A DNA stretch of 59,085 bases from Scyliorhinus canicula. Lineage: Eukaryota. Within the stretch, counting starts at the first letter, position 1; each line of letters starts with the position of its first letter. Location: NCBI RefSeq assembly GCF_902713615.1, contig NC_052149.1, forward strand, positions 125,496,171 to 125,555,255, in the 5' to 3' direction. The translations under genes and the position numbers were made by a program. The notes under the pieces were generated by a model. The model was not told the DNA's origin. It saw nothing but the letters and a program-made list of their open reading frames with translations, and did not search any database. Below, piece after piece: positions 13,401-25,543 of this stretch.

Positions 13401-14468
13401 GTAATTCCTCATCCATTTTCATATATTTTGGGTGGTAACAGATTCTGAGTTTCTCCCCCCATTGCTTTTTCTTTTTGTTTCAACCAATCACTTCAAATCC
13501 ATGCCCTTCATTCTCAACTCTTCCACAAGGGAGAACGGCTTCCCCCCTATCTTCTCTGTACAAAATCCTCATGATTTTGAATGCAGGAGTGATGATACTT
13601 CCAAAGGATGTCATTGACATTCACTTTCAGACAACTTGAGCGGATGAGTGGAATTTATTTCTTTAGTATGTCGGTGAGATCAAGGCACAGTGTTGGGGAA
13701 AAGTCGGGGAAAAAAAATACTGTGCTCCCAGCTCGTTCAGTCCCTCGCCCTGGAATCCCTGATGGGGCTCTGTTTTTTAAAAAAATCAAGTCGTAAAATT
13801 ACTCCATTCGATGGCATTAACTTTCTTCAGCACAGCAGTTGCCCCAAGATGGGCTATGGACCGTAGCCTTTTGTTAAATGTGGTTTACCCTGCCGTAACT
13901 CAAGTCACATCATTAATCTGCATCACCACAATGAAAGGGTGCTCAGTCTGCATTTATTTGGTTCAATTCTCAATTGATACCAGCCAGAATTCTCCGGATG
14001 ATCCCTGGCAGCGGGATTCTCCGGTCCCGCCGGCAACGCATTCCCGCCCACAGGTTTCCCAGCGGCATGAGGTGGCTTCTATAGGAATTCTTTTTTAAAA
14101 ATAAATTTAGAGTACCCGTTTATTTTTTTCCAATTAAGGGGCAATTAAGCGTGGCCAATCCACCGAGCCCGCACATCTTTGGGTTGTGGGGGTGAAACCC
14201 ACGCAGACACGGGGAGAATGTGCAAACCTCAATGGGAATTCGCATTGACAATCGGCAGACAGAGAATTCCGCCGCCAGCGAGCGGCGCACAGCCTCCTGC
14301 TGCCCCGAAACAGGCAGGCCGGAGGATACCGCCCATCAAATAACAAACAACCAAACCTGTCCCCCTCAGTGCTTCTGCCTTTACACCACCCGAAATGCTG
14401 CAAACAATCTCTAGAGCAGAAGGAATTGTGACTCACAAGAAGAAGTGAACTTAATGATATGTGTTTCA

Positions 14469-15585
14469 GGGCCGGGATTCTCCCCTACCCGGCGGGGCGG
14501 GGAGTCCCGGCGGGATGGAGTGGCGTCAACCACTCCGACATCGGGCCGCCCCAAAGGTGCGGATTTCTCCGCACCTTTAGGGGCTAAGCCCTCACATTGA
14601 GGGGCAAGGCCCGTGCTGGAGTGGTTACCACTCCGCCGGTTGGTGTGAACGGCCTTTGGCGCCGGAGGGACTTCGCTGGCCTGCGGAAAGTCCGCGCATG
14701 CGCGGGAGCATCAGCTGCTGCTGACCTCATCCCCGCGCATGGGCAGGGGAGGGGGTCACTTCCGCGCTGGCCATTGCGTAGAGTATGGCCAACGCGGGAG
14801 GAAAAGAGTGCCACCACGACACAGGTCCGCCCGCAGATCGGTGGGCCCCAATCGTAGGCCAGGCCACCGTGAGGGCACCCCCCCCCCCCCCACCAGGCCA
14901 GATCGCCCCGCGCGCCCCTCTCCCCCCCCCCCCCCCCCCCCCCCACCAGGACCCCGGAGCTCGCCTGCGCTGCCAGTCCCGCTGGTAAGTGAGGTGGTTT
15001 GATTCATGCCGGTGGGACTGGCATGGCAGCGGCGGGACCTCGGCCCATCGCGGGCCGGAGAATCGCCGGGTGAGGGGGCCCCGCCAGGGCCGTCGCGACT
15101 CAATGGGCGCCGGGGCCACCCGCCTGTAGCCGGTCCCACCGGCGTAAATCAGAGTAGGTCCCTTACCGGCGGGACCTGGCGGCGAGGACGGGCTCCGGGG
15201 TTCCTGGGGGGTCGTGGGGGGATCTTGCCCCGGAGGTGCCCCCACGGTGGCCTGGCCCGCGGTCGAGGCTCACCGATCCGCGGGCGGGCCTGTGCCATGG
15301 GGCCACTCTATTCCTTCCGCATCGGCCGTTGTGGTCCTCCACGATGGCCGATGCGGAAGTGAATCCCTGTGTGCATGCACGGGGATGACGCCAGCACGTG
15401 CCGGTTGGCGTGGCGACAGGCCCCTATCCCGCCAGCTGGCGTGGCGCCAACCACTCCGTGGCGAGCCTAGCCCCTGAAGGTGTGGAGGATTCCGCACCTT
15501 TGGGGCGGCCTGGCGCCGGAGTGGTTCACGCCACTCCGTCCCTCCGGGACCCCCCGCCCTGCTGGGTACGGGAGAATCCCGCCCC
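14469..15585. mobile_element. GC-rich MITE
   Basis: TIRs gggccgggattctccc / gggagaatcccgcccc; relatives at about 22587-23271 and 27139-27813 (inverted). Confidence 0.8.
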
Positions 15586-15599
15586 ATATTCCAGGCCCG

Positions 15600-15970
15600 A
15601 ATCACTCGCTGTGTCAAAATGTTTCTTCTCATATAATTTTTGCTTCTTTTGTCAATTATTTTATATGAGTCCCCTCCCGTTCTTGATCCTTCCACCAATG
15701 GGAACAGTTTCTCTCTCTCTACTCTGTCCAGATCCCACATGATTTTGAAAACTTCCATCAAATCTCCTTTCAACCCTCTCTTCTCCCAGGAAAACAATCC
15801 CAACTTCTCCAATCTACCTTCATCACTGAAGTTCCTCATCTCAGCAACCACTCTTGTGAATCTTTTCTGTACTGTCTCTAATGCATTTACATTCTTTGTG
15901 AAGTGTGGTATCCGGAACTTGCCGCAATCCTCCTGTTGAAGCCGAACAAGTGCTTTATACAAGTTAACAT
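15600..15970 (-). mobile_element. CR1 LINE ORF2 C-terminal fragment
   Basis: LETVQKRFTRVV...RLEKLGLFSWEKRGLKGDLMEVFKIM in ORF 15270-16016. Confidence 0.85.
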
Positions 15971-17468
15971 AACTTTCCTGAAAGCAAATACTCCGGATGC
16001 TGGAAATCTGAAACAAAAACTGAAAATACTGAGAGCAGCTCAGCTGGTCTTACAGCATCTGTGGAGAGGCAAAATAGCGTTAACATTTCGATTCCGATAT
16101 GACTCTGAAGAAGTCATACAGATTCAAAACGGTAACTCTATTTACTGTCCCCACAGATGCTGTTAGATCTGCTGAGTTTTTCCAGCACTTTTTGTATTGG
16201 TTCAAAATGGCCTCCTTGCTTTGTACCTGATGTTCCTGTTAATAAAGTCCAGAATGCTGTATGCTTCATTATCATAGAATTTACAGTGCAGAAGGAGGCC
16301 ATTCAGCCCATCAAGTCTGCACCGGCTCTTGGAAAGAGCACCCTACTGAAGGTCAACACCTCCACCCTATCCCCATAACCCAGTAACCCCACCCAACACT
16401 AAGGGCAATTTTGGACACGAAGGGCAATTTATCATAGCCAATCCACCTAACCTGCACATCTTTGGACTGTGGGAGGAAACCGGAGGAAACCCACGCACAC
16501 ACGGGGAGGATGTGCAGACTCCGCACAGGACAGTGACCCAAGCCGGAATCGAACCTGGGACCTTGGCGCTGTGAAGCAGTTGTGCTATCCACAATGCTAC
16601 CGTGCTGCTTCTTAAGCTGTCCTGCCACCTACAATGATTGATGCACATTTATATCCAGGTACTTCTGGCTCCTGCGCCCTCTTTAGAATTATGCCCTTTA
16701 TTTTATATTGTCACTCTGTGTCCATCCTATCAGAATGAATCACTTCACATTGAACTTCGTCTGTCACTTGTCAGCTCATACCACCACCTTGTCTATGTCC
16801 TTTTGAAGTTCTAAATTTTGTGTCATCCTTATAAAATCACAGAATCAAATCCCTACAGTGCAGAAAGAGGCCAATCGGCCCATCGAATCTGCACCGACGC
16901 TCCGAAAGAGCACCCCACACAGGCCGAATCCCCTGCCCTATCTCTGTAATCCCACCTAGGGGCAATATAACACAGCCAATCTACCTAACCGGCACACCTT
17001 TGGACGGTGGGAGGAAACCGGAACACCCGGAGGAAACCCACATGTCTTGAACCTGTACTTAGGTCCAGCTAACGAACATGCCTCAGGAAGAGCAGATGTC
17101 CCACCACCGACCACAGGAGAACGCCACGATAAACCTTTCTCCAGTCCCAAGGCACAACCATTCATCGCTACTCCAATTTCAGAGAACCACATCATATTGG
17201 AGGGGGCTCAGAAACAGGCCTGTACTCCAAACGAACCTCCTCCCAGCCTATCACCAAATTAGGATTACCGACTATCAATTTCTCCCTCAAGTGTTTAATC
17301 AGCTTCTCCTGAAATCCTGAAAAGTGTCTGCTCGGTGCAAGTTGACTTCATCTCATGAAAAAAAACAAAAATCCAGATTTTCTTTGAAAGTAAATGGTTG
17401 CATTTAAGATTGGTTTGGACTGTTTTTGTAGTGCGTCTGCTGGTAAATATTGGTTTAATTTTCCACAG

Positions 17469-17644
17469 ATGTTAAAGGAAATTTTCGTCTGGCAGACTTT
17501 GATGAGAGTGTGAATTGTGGTAAGAATCCAGCCGTGGCCATATCCTGCAAGGCAGCCTGGGAGGCGTCTGAAATCTTGCAGAAACTGAAACACTCCCCAA
17601 CAGCAACGTTCGGAGCCGATGAGCTTTTCAAGGCGGATTTACAG
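17469..17644 (+). CDS. RNASEL: RNase L coding exon: DFD motif and long activation segment
   Basis: ttttccacAG acceptor; phase 1 joins G+AT=Asp; reads DVKGNFRLADFDESVNCGKNPAVAISCKAAWEASEILQKLKHSPTATFGADELFKADLQ; phase-0 donor GTCCAC (weak) at the position equivalent to human KRDLE|DLGR. Confidence 0.88.
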
Positions 17645-17774
17645 GTCCACTCTCCACTTTCTCTTTTTCTCTCTCTGAGGCATCGAGGATAAGGGGTCAT
17701 CGTCAGCCTTGCAGCTAATGTTGAGAAGAGCAAACAGGATAAATCACATGGTGATGATTAGATCAGATGATGCC

Positions 17775-18006
17775 TGTGGTAGTCACTACTAGTGGCATAT
17801 TATATGCATTACGGCACTGCCCGTATATTAAGGGTACAACAGTAAATCCCTGCCTGCTGGCTCCACCCAGCAGGTGGAGTATAAAAGTGTTTGCTCTCCG
17901 GTGCTGCAGCCATTCTGGTTCCAGCTCCAGGAGGCACAACACCTTACTCAATAAAGGCTCAATTGTTCCATCATTGTGGTAATTTGTGGTAATTGACGGT
18001 CCATCA
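17775..18006 (+). mobile_element. Short solo LTR (Gypsy-like)
   Basis: TG...CA, TATAAAA, AATAAA, end gtaattgacggtccatca; boundaries approximate. Confidence 0.55.
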
Positions 18007-18474
18007 ATACCAAGTTCATGTTTAAAGCTGTTGTGAGGAACAGGATGTTGATTGTTTTGGGCATTTCTTTTTAATCCTCAGTGGAGGGAAGGTTCTGTCG
18101 AAGGAGCCTTGGTGAGTTGCTGCAGTGCATCCTGTAGATGTTGCACACTGCTGCCACTGTTCACCGATGGTGGAGGGAGTGAATGTTTAAGGTGGTGGAT
18201 GGGGTGTCAATCAAGTGGGCTGCTTGGTCCTGGAGGGTGTCGCATTTTTTGACTGTTGCTGGAACCGCGCTCATTTGGGCAAGTGGAGAGTATTCAAACA
18301 CATTCCGGATGTGGGCATTGAGATCTGAGAGGACACCCTGGGCGGGATTCTCTAATCCCGCGGGAAAGTGTCCACGCCGTCGTAAACGCCGTCGCGTTTT
18401 ACAACGGCATGAACGGGCCGCTGCCAGGACTAATTCTGGCCCCTACAGGGGGCCAGCATGGTACTGGAGTAGTG

Positions 18475-19946
18475 CTGACACAACACAACATATATAATAA
18501 TAGAACTATACATAGCCTCTATCCTTTGTTTACTTTACTTTTATAACAAGTTGCCTTGCTGCTGCAGTGGTGTCTCAGTCATGAGGAGCTTGAGACTGGT
18601 ATATTTAAATTATTGTTCATCCTTAACTAGTTACAGTATCCAGGTTACAGACATGCATGGTGCTACTGCAATTCGGTTGCTTCCAGAGTGTTCTCTCAGA
18701 GTTTATTACCCTGTGACTCTATACATCATACCGCGGGCTGTGCTATTCTCCAGCCCCATGTTAAAGATCGCTCTGCCGACACCTTTACAATTCTATGGCG
18801 TGCAGGCACAGTTTCTATTGCCTGAATTCTTTCTAAACATCATCTATAGTGAGTCACAACTTCTGTCCCTCCTCATGGGGCGGGATTCTCCCAGCCCTGA
18901 GCCGGGCCGGAGAATCCCCGTGACGGGGCCACGCCGCCCCGATGCCGGCACGTGATTCTCCACAGAGCGGAGAATCAGCGCCAAGGCGCAGCGCCGGTCG
19001 CGGGCCGCTCTATGGAGCTGTCCCGCCGATTCTCGATTCTCCAGCTGCCGATTCCGGCGCGATCCGCGCATGCGCAATGGTGCCAACGTGTGCATGCGCA
19101 GTGGCCTCCTTCAACGCGCCTGCCCAGATGCAACATGGCGCAGGGCTACTGGGGCCGGCGTGTAGGAAAGGAGGCCCCCAGCGAGAGAGGCCGGCCCGCT
19201 GATTGGTGTGTCCTGATCACGGGCCAGGCCACATCGGAGGCTCCCCCCCCTCCCCTCCCCACAGGCTGCCACCTGACCCTTCAACGCCGAGATCCCGCTG
19301 GCCCTGAGCAGGTTAGAACGACGCTGGCGGGACTCGGGATTTTTTCTGATGGCCGCTCTAACCATCCGGGCCGAGAATCAGCGGGGGGGGGGGGGGGGGG
19401 GGGGGCGTAGAGCGGCCCGCGCCCGGCGCTGCGCCTTGGCGCTGATTCTCCGCTCTGTGGAGAATCACGTGCCGGCATCGGGGCGGCGTGGCCCCGTCAC
19501 GGGGATTCTCCGGCCCGGCTCAGGGCTGGGAGAATCCCGCCCCATGATGAGGGACAGAAGATGTGACTCACTATGGATGATGTTTAGAAACAATTCAGGC
19601 AATAGAAACTGTGCCTGCACGCCATAGAATTGTAAAGGTGTCGGCAGAGCGATCTTTAACATGGGGCTGGAGAATAGCACAACCCACGGTATGATGTATA
19701 GAGTCACAGGGTAATAAACTCTGAGAGAACACTCTGGAAGCAACCTGTATTGCAGTAGCACCATGCATGTCTGTAACCTGGATACTGTAACTAGTTAAGG
19801 ACGAACAATAATTTAAATATACCAGTCTCAAGCTCCTCATGACTGAGACACCACTGCAGCAGCAAGGCACCTTGTTACAAAAGTAAAGCAAAAAAAGGAT
19901 AGAGGCTATGTATAGTTCTATTATTATATATGTTGTGTTGTGTCAG
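18475..19946. repeat. Long inverted duplication: arms 18475-19012 and 19408-19946, 395-bp spacer
   Basis: The arms are near-perfect reverse complements (ctgacacaacacaacat... / ...atgttgtgttgtgtcag); each has about 400 bp of non-MITE sequence plus about 135 bp of MITE end. Confidence 0.95.
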
Positions 19947-21927
19947 GATGACAATACCTTATATGCAACTGTCTGGTATCATCTATGAATTGGTCTGTTC
20001 TATCAAAAAAAACTTCAGGTATAGATACACCACTTGTACCTCAGCAGCAGTGGTGATGGCTACACTTGACCTCAGTGTCCTGATCTAGGTGACAGAGAAA
20101 TGAAACCGTATCAGTGTCTGGTGAGTGCTGCTTGAAGTAGGGTTGAAAGCAGAGAGAGAGAGTGAGCTGTAAGGGGACTCGTACCTAAGAAGATGGCGAC
20201 ACATTTGCGAGGCAGGTCAAATGGCTGATCCCTGATGGGCAGAGCTGGGGAATGGTCAATGGCTTCAAGTCTGGGGTGGGACACTCGAGTCAGCAGAAGT
20301 TGGAGTTTCAAAATGACCATTGGAGGAATAAACACAGTCCCATCAATTTCAGGCTGACCACTATCAGGCATTTGCTGGTCGTTGTTTCAAATGAATTTGG
20401 CTATTTTTAAAATGTATTCATTCATGAGATGTGGGCATCGCTGAGAAGGCCAGCATTTGTTGCCCATCCCTAATTTCCATTGACCCAAGTGGCTTGTTGG
20501 GCCATTGGAGAGAGCAGTTAAGAGTTAACCACATTGCTGTGGGTTTGGAGTCACATGTAGGTCAGACCAGGTAAGGACAGCATTAGTGAACCAGACGGGT
20601 TTTTCCGACAATCGACAATGGTCTCATGGTCACCATCACTGAGAAGAGCTTTTAATTCCAGATTTATTCCTTGAATTTAAATTCCACCAGCTGCCAAGGT
20701 GGGATTTGAACCTGTGACCAGAGCATTAGCCTGGGCCTCTGGATTACTAGTCCAGTGACATTACCCATACAGCTATAAGATAGGTAATGCGGTTTTTACT
20801 TTGATGTTTTAATGTTCCCTGTGTTACTGGACACATTGACAATATTTATTGTTTATTTATATATTACATGCAACCGGCTGTTTTACAATTAGCCGAGTCT
20901 CCCTTGGGTATTTATTGTGCTACCTTCCAGAAGACAGGAGAAATGTACATGAGCGAACCTGTGACAGTGCAGAAGCCAGGAAGCACAATGGAAGCACAAC
21001 GGGGCTTCATTCTTCCAGCCCCATTCCCCGGACCGCACTATTGTATGGGCAGTATAGGCAGGTTCTTGATCATAGGGGCCTTGGGGTCCGCTTACAGGAA
21101 TGATGCTGAACCCGGGAGGGTTGGTGCCGACTCGATGGGCCAAATGGCCTGCTTCAAGACTGTACGGATTCTATGATTGCCTGGTGCAGTCCAGAAACGA
21201 GAAACCAAGAGGCTGAGAAGCATTGTGCAGGAAGTTGTTAAGACATAGAATAACCTTAGCGGCAAAAAAGGAACTTTTGCTGAAGAAAAATTGCACACGT
21301 CGTAGAAAACGGACTGGAAATTGGGACAGGTCTTTCAGACAGCTAGCACAGACTGGATGGGCTGAATGGTCTCCTTCTGCACTGGAAATTTTCAATGGAA
21401 AACAAGCGTTTATAAATAGAATGGGAAGGGGGAGGAAAACAGAATTCTATTTAAATGGATGTGCTGCACACTTGTGGAGCTGGGATTTGACTGGATTTCC
21501 TTTTCGCTTGGCAACATTGAATCATAGAATTCCCACAGTGCCAATCAGCCCATCAAGCGTCCACTGACCCTAGGCAGCACGATGGCGCAGTGGTTAGCAC
21601 TGCTACCTACGGCGCTGAGGACCCGGGTTCGATCCCGGCCCCAGGTCACTGTCTGTGTATAGTTTGCACATTCTCCTCGTGTCTGCGTGGGTCTCACCCC
21701 CAAAGATGTACTGGTTAGGTGGATTGGCAACGCTGAATTTCCCCTTAATAGGAAAAAAAATAATTGGGTACTCTAAATTTATTAGAAAAAAGTCTGAGCC
21801 ACCCCTCCGAAAGAGCACCCCATCCAGGCCCACTCCTCTGCTCCATCCCCGTAACCCCATAACCCCACTTAACCTACATACCTTTGGACAACATGTTGGG
21901 TCTAATGTGGTTTTCTTGACTGAATAG

Positions 21928-22145
21928 GCTCTCGGACGGCTATTGCACTATGTTATGACTGGAGGGAAGGATCCCTATGGCAGTGAGGAGGATCTGTATG
22001 AGAATAATCCTTCTCTCGATGAAGATCTTTGCCAACCCGAAAATGCTGAAGCTAGAGATTTCATCGAACGCTTGTTAGCACCGGCGGAGAAGAGAGTGAC
22101 ACTAACCAAGATCAAGCAACATCCGTTGCTGTGGAAAGATGTGGG
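21928..22145 (+). CDS. RNASEL: RNase L coding exon: kinase-like C-lobe
   Basis: AG acceptor at 21926-21927; ALGRLLHYVMTGGKDPYG...ARDFIERLL...QHPLLWKDV; GTGAGT donor at 22146 (phase 2). Confidence 0.93.
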
Positions 22146-22968
22146 GTGAGTCAATTAGCCCAGGGAATGTTAAGAAAAGATTTGAGTTTCCAGAATTTCT
22201 AATTGTGCCTGAAAAACTGCTTTTTCCTGAAAAAGTGTAGCGTTTCCTATTGAATTCTGACGTGCTCTAAAAGGAGAGGTGTCAGCAATGCTACTGATAG
22301 CTCTCGATTGTTCCACACTAGGGGTGTGTTATTCTTCATAATAGTTAGAAGAGATTGTTCATTGCTCAAAGCAGATTTCATGATTAGGTGACCGAATGCA
22401 GTACTGCCCATTTACATCAGGAAGAATTTCTACATCACATAACTGATCCCAAGTCCAGGTAATGGTTGCGTCACCACAAGAAAATACCTACCCTCTCCAT
22501 TTCTAACACTGAAGGGATGTTAATGCTGTGACAGGGAATATTCACACAGCCATTCTGAGAATCCAGCAGTCCCTGGTTAGACATATGGGGCAGGATTCTC
22601 CCATACCCGGCGGGGCGGGGGGTCCCGGCGGGACGGAGTGGCGTGAATCACTCCGGCGTCGCTAGGCCGGCGCCGGAGTGGTTTGCGCTCCGACGGCTGG
22701 CGTGGAAGGCCTTTGGCACTGCGCCAGCCGGGGCCGAAGGGACTCCGCCAGCCGGTGCGGGTCCGCGCATGCGCTGGAGCATCAGCGGCTGCAGACGTCA
22801 TCCCCGCGCATGCACGGGAGGTTCACCTTCGCTCCGGCCATAGCGTAGGCTTACACAGCCGGCGCGGAGGAATAGAGTGCCCCCACGGCACATGCCCGCC
22901 CGCGGATCGGTGGGCCCCGATCGCGGGCCAGGCCACCATGGGGGCACTCCCCCCGGGGCAAGATCGAC

Positions 22969-22999
<31 letters not shown>

Positions 23000-23351
23000 T
23001 CCCAGGACCCTGGAGCACGCCCGCGCCGCAAGGCCCCGCCGGTAAGGGACCTAGTCCAATTTACGGCGGTGGGACCTGCACAGAACGAGCGAGACTTCGG
23101 CCCATCGCGGGTCGGAGAATCGGCGGGGGGGGGGGCGCTGTGTGCGGCCGCCGATCAGCGCAGCATGATTCCCGCCCCCGCCGAATCTCCGGCACCGGAG
23201 AATTCGGCAGCTGGCGGGGGCTGGATTCACGCCGCCCCCCAGCGATTCTCCGACCCGGCGGGGTCCCGCCCACGAGAACTATCTATGTAGTAAAGCTTCT
23301 TCTGGGAAGCCGGTCGCCGTGGCCTGGTCAGTAAGATTCTAAGTTTGAGGT

Positions 23352-23921
23352 AGTGCCGCTCTGTCAGAGACAGTGCTGAGGGAGAGCTGCACTGTCAGAG
23401 GGTCAGTACAGAGGGAGTGCTGCACTGTCGGAGGGTCAGTGCTGAGGGAGTGCTGCACTGTCAGAGAGTCAGTACTGAGGGAGTGCTGCATTGTCAGAGG
23501 GTCAGTACTGAGGGAGTGCTGCACTGTCAGAGGGTCAGTACTGAGGGAGTGCTGCACTGCCAGAGGGTCAGTACTGAGGGAGTGCTGCACTGCCAGAGGG
23601 TTAGCGCTGAGGGAGTGCTGCACTGTCAGAGGGTCAATACTGAGGGAGTGCTGCACTGTCAGAGAGTCAGTACTGAGGGAGTGCTGCACTGTCAGAGGGT
23701 CAGTACTGAGGGAGTGCTGCACTGTCAGAGGGTCAGTACTGAGGGAGTGCTGCACTGTCAGAGGGTCAGTCCTGAGGGAGTGCTGCACTGTCGAGGGTCA
23801 GTACTGAGGGAGTGCTGCACTGTCAGAGGGTCAGTACTGAGGGAGTGCTGCACTGTCAGAGGGTCAGTACTGAGGGTGAGCTGCACTGTCGGAGGCTCAG
23901 TGCTGAGGGTGTGCTGCACTG
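23352..23921. repeat. 33-bp minisatellite, about 17 copies
   Basis: Unit gagggagtgctgcactgtcagagggtcagtact. Confidence 0.95.
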
Positions 23922-24126
23922 ACCCTGTTATGAAAGCATAAGCCAAGGCCCAATTTGCCCCCTCATGTGGGTAGATAAGATTCCACAGGAATATTCAATG
24001 ACGACACGAGGAGTTCTCCAATTTTCAAGCCAACATTGATCCCTCAATCAACAAAACAGCTCACCTGGTCATTCATCTAATTTCTGTTTGTGGGGCATGT
24101 ATAGAAATTGGTTCTTTCAGACATTC

Positions 24127-24356
24127 CGATAGTTTTTTTTTAATTTATAGCACCCAATTTTTTTTTTCCAATTAAGGGGCAATTTAGCATGCCCAATCCT
24201 CCTACCCTGCATATCTTTGGGTTGTGGGGGCGAGACCCAATCAGACACAGGGAGAATGTGCAAACTGCACAGGGATAGTGACCCGGAGCTGGGATCAAAC
24301 CCGGATCCTCGACGCCGTGAGGCAGCAGTGCTAACCACTGTGTCGCCGTGCTGCCC
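24127..24356 (-). mobile_element. Short A-tailed tRNA SINE with 10-bp TSD
   Basis: TSD tcagacattc at 24117-24126 and 24357-24366. Confidence 0.85.
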
Positions 24357-25306
24357 TCAGACATTCAAATAGTGACTACTCTGTTAGCGGTCAAGTGTTT
24401 TGGAACATACTGAACTTGTGAAAGGTGCCATATAAAGGCATGCTTTTTTTAAAATTCATTTGAACAGTGTACCTGAACTCCAGAAGAAACTTCACTTTCC
24501 CACACTTTAGTGGCATTTTCGGAGTGCTAATCGCCATTTCAGAGTTTCTGTCCCATGAAGGCTGACAAAACTCATTTGATAAATTCACTGACAGGGAAGA
24601 CTATCATGCCAACATTCTGGGATGGATTTATGCTCAGGCAGGAACACCTATTTGCTAACTCCTTGTACTAGGAAGTCCTCACATTCTCCCTGTTCGATGG
24701 TGTTAACATCAGATGGTACTGCAGCACTGCTGAGAGGCTGCTTGTCGGTATATTGAAACTATACCCTGGGGACAAGAGGCTTGCATTGTACATAAAACTT
24801 CCATTTTTATACATCTGACCTTCAAACATCTCTGCCCTCTCCAGCTAATATCGACATTGCGCAATCATTCACGGAACTTCACTTTGCATTCCCTCTGCAT
24901 CACACAATGTGCTGTACCAGGTGGAACAGCGTCACGTGGTCTGCCCCATGCCCTTCGAGGTGATGAAAAGCGTAATCCTCCTTGACGGTTTCTTTGCAAT
25001 TCTTTCACATTCATCAGTAACCCCCACTTATTACCCTTAATTCTCGTCCCTCAATGTCTGCTCCATTCTCAAGTGTAATTACCCCCCATCTCCCCCGGGC
25101 TAAAGACATTCCAAGAATTGTGGCTCCCTTCTTGTGTCAGACACTTTGTTTTCCTTCAAAGGCTCTGACGCTCTGCTGACCTCAAGGCCGTACAGCACTT
25201 GAATATTGTACCTGTCCTCTGGTCCGTGACTTTGCCCGCCTCGCCCTCCATTGCTTTCCCTGTTGTCGGCACTGCTTTCAATCTTTGCACTTCATTCCTT
25301 CCAAAC

Positions 25307-25543
25307 GCGGGCAGCACGGTGGCCTAGTGGTTAGCACAGCTGCCTCACGGCACTGAGGTCCCAGGTTCGATCCCGGCTCTGGGTCACTGCCCATGTGGAG
25401 TTTGCACATTCTCCCCGTGTCTGCGTAGGTTTCACCCCCACAACCCAAAAATGTGCAGAGTAGGTGGATTGGCCACGCTAAATTGCCCCTTAATTGGTAA
25501 AAATAATTGGGTAATCTAAATTTATATATATTTTTTAAAAATG
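25307..25543 (+). mobile_element. Short A/T-tailed tRNA SINE with 10-bp TSD
   Basis: TSD ccttccaaac at 25297-25306 and 25544-25553. Confidence 0.85.

Larger units (their letters stand above)
23335..24450 (+). mobile_element. Deu-domain SINE (SacSINE1-like) with an internal 33-bp minisatellite and a nested SINE
   Basis: Degenerate Deu-domain-like text (atccctcaatcaac...ctggtcatt...tttgtggg) and tail tgaaaggtgccatataaaggca; family assignment is from recall. Confidence 0.55.

Noticed and set aside
13401-13438. ORF read-through GNSSSIFIYFGW* after HRDLHPTNILR
   Set aside because: Intron sequence after the GT donor; no evidence of intron retention or intronic polyadenylation.
14584-15477. Many overlapping Pro/Gly/Arg-rich ORFs; similar sets at 868-1578, 22577-23334, 26984-27839, 38308-40545 and 56466-57394
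   Set aside because: They arise from GC-rich MITEs and low-complexity repeats that lack stop codons; no domain signature.
16080-16135. Hammerhead-like core CTGAAGA...CAAAAC on the RNase L sense strand
   Set aside because: The GAAA motif and stem II are broken, so self-cleavage of the pre-mRNA is unlikely.
23339-23946. Cys/His-rich repetitive ORFs (VLRECCTVRGS, VLHCQRVSTEG)
   Set aside because: Translations of the 33-bp minisatellite, not zinc fingers or a CRISPR array; the units have no unique spacers.
24460-25280. Unique-looking intronic stretch that could hide an exon
   Set aside because: No open frame with compatible splice phases, and the RNase L exon chain is already complete; probably an old decayed repeat.
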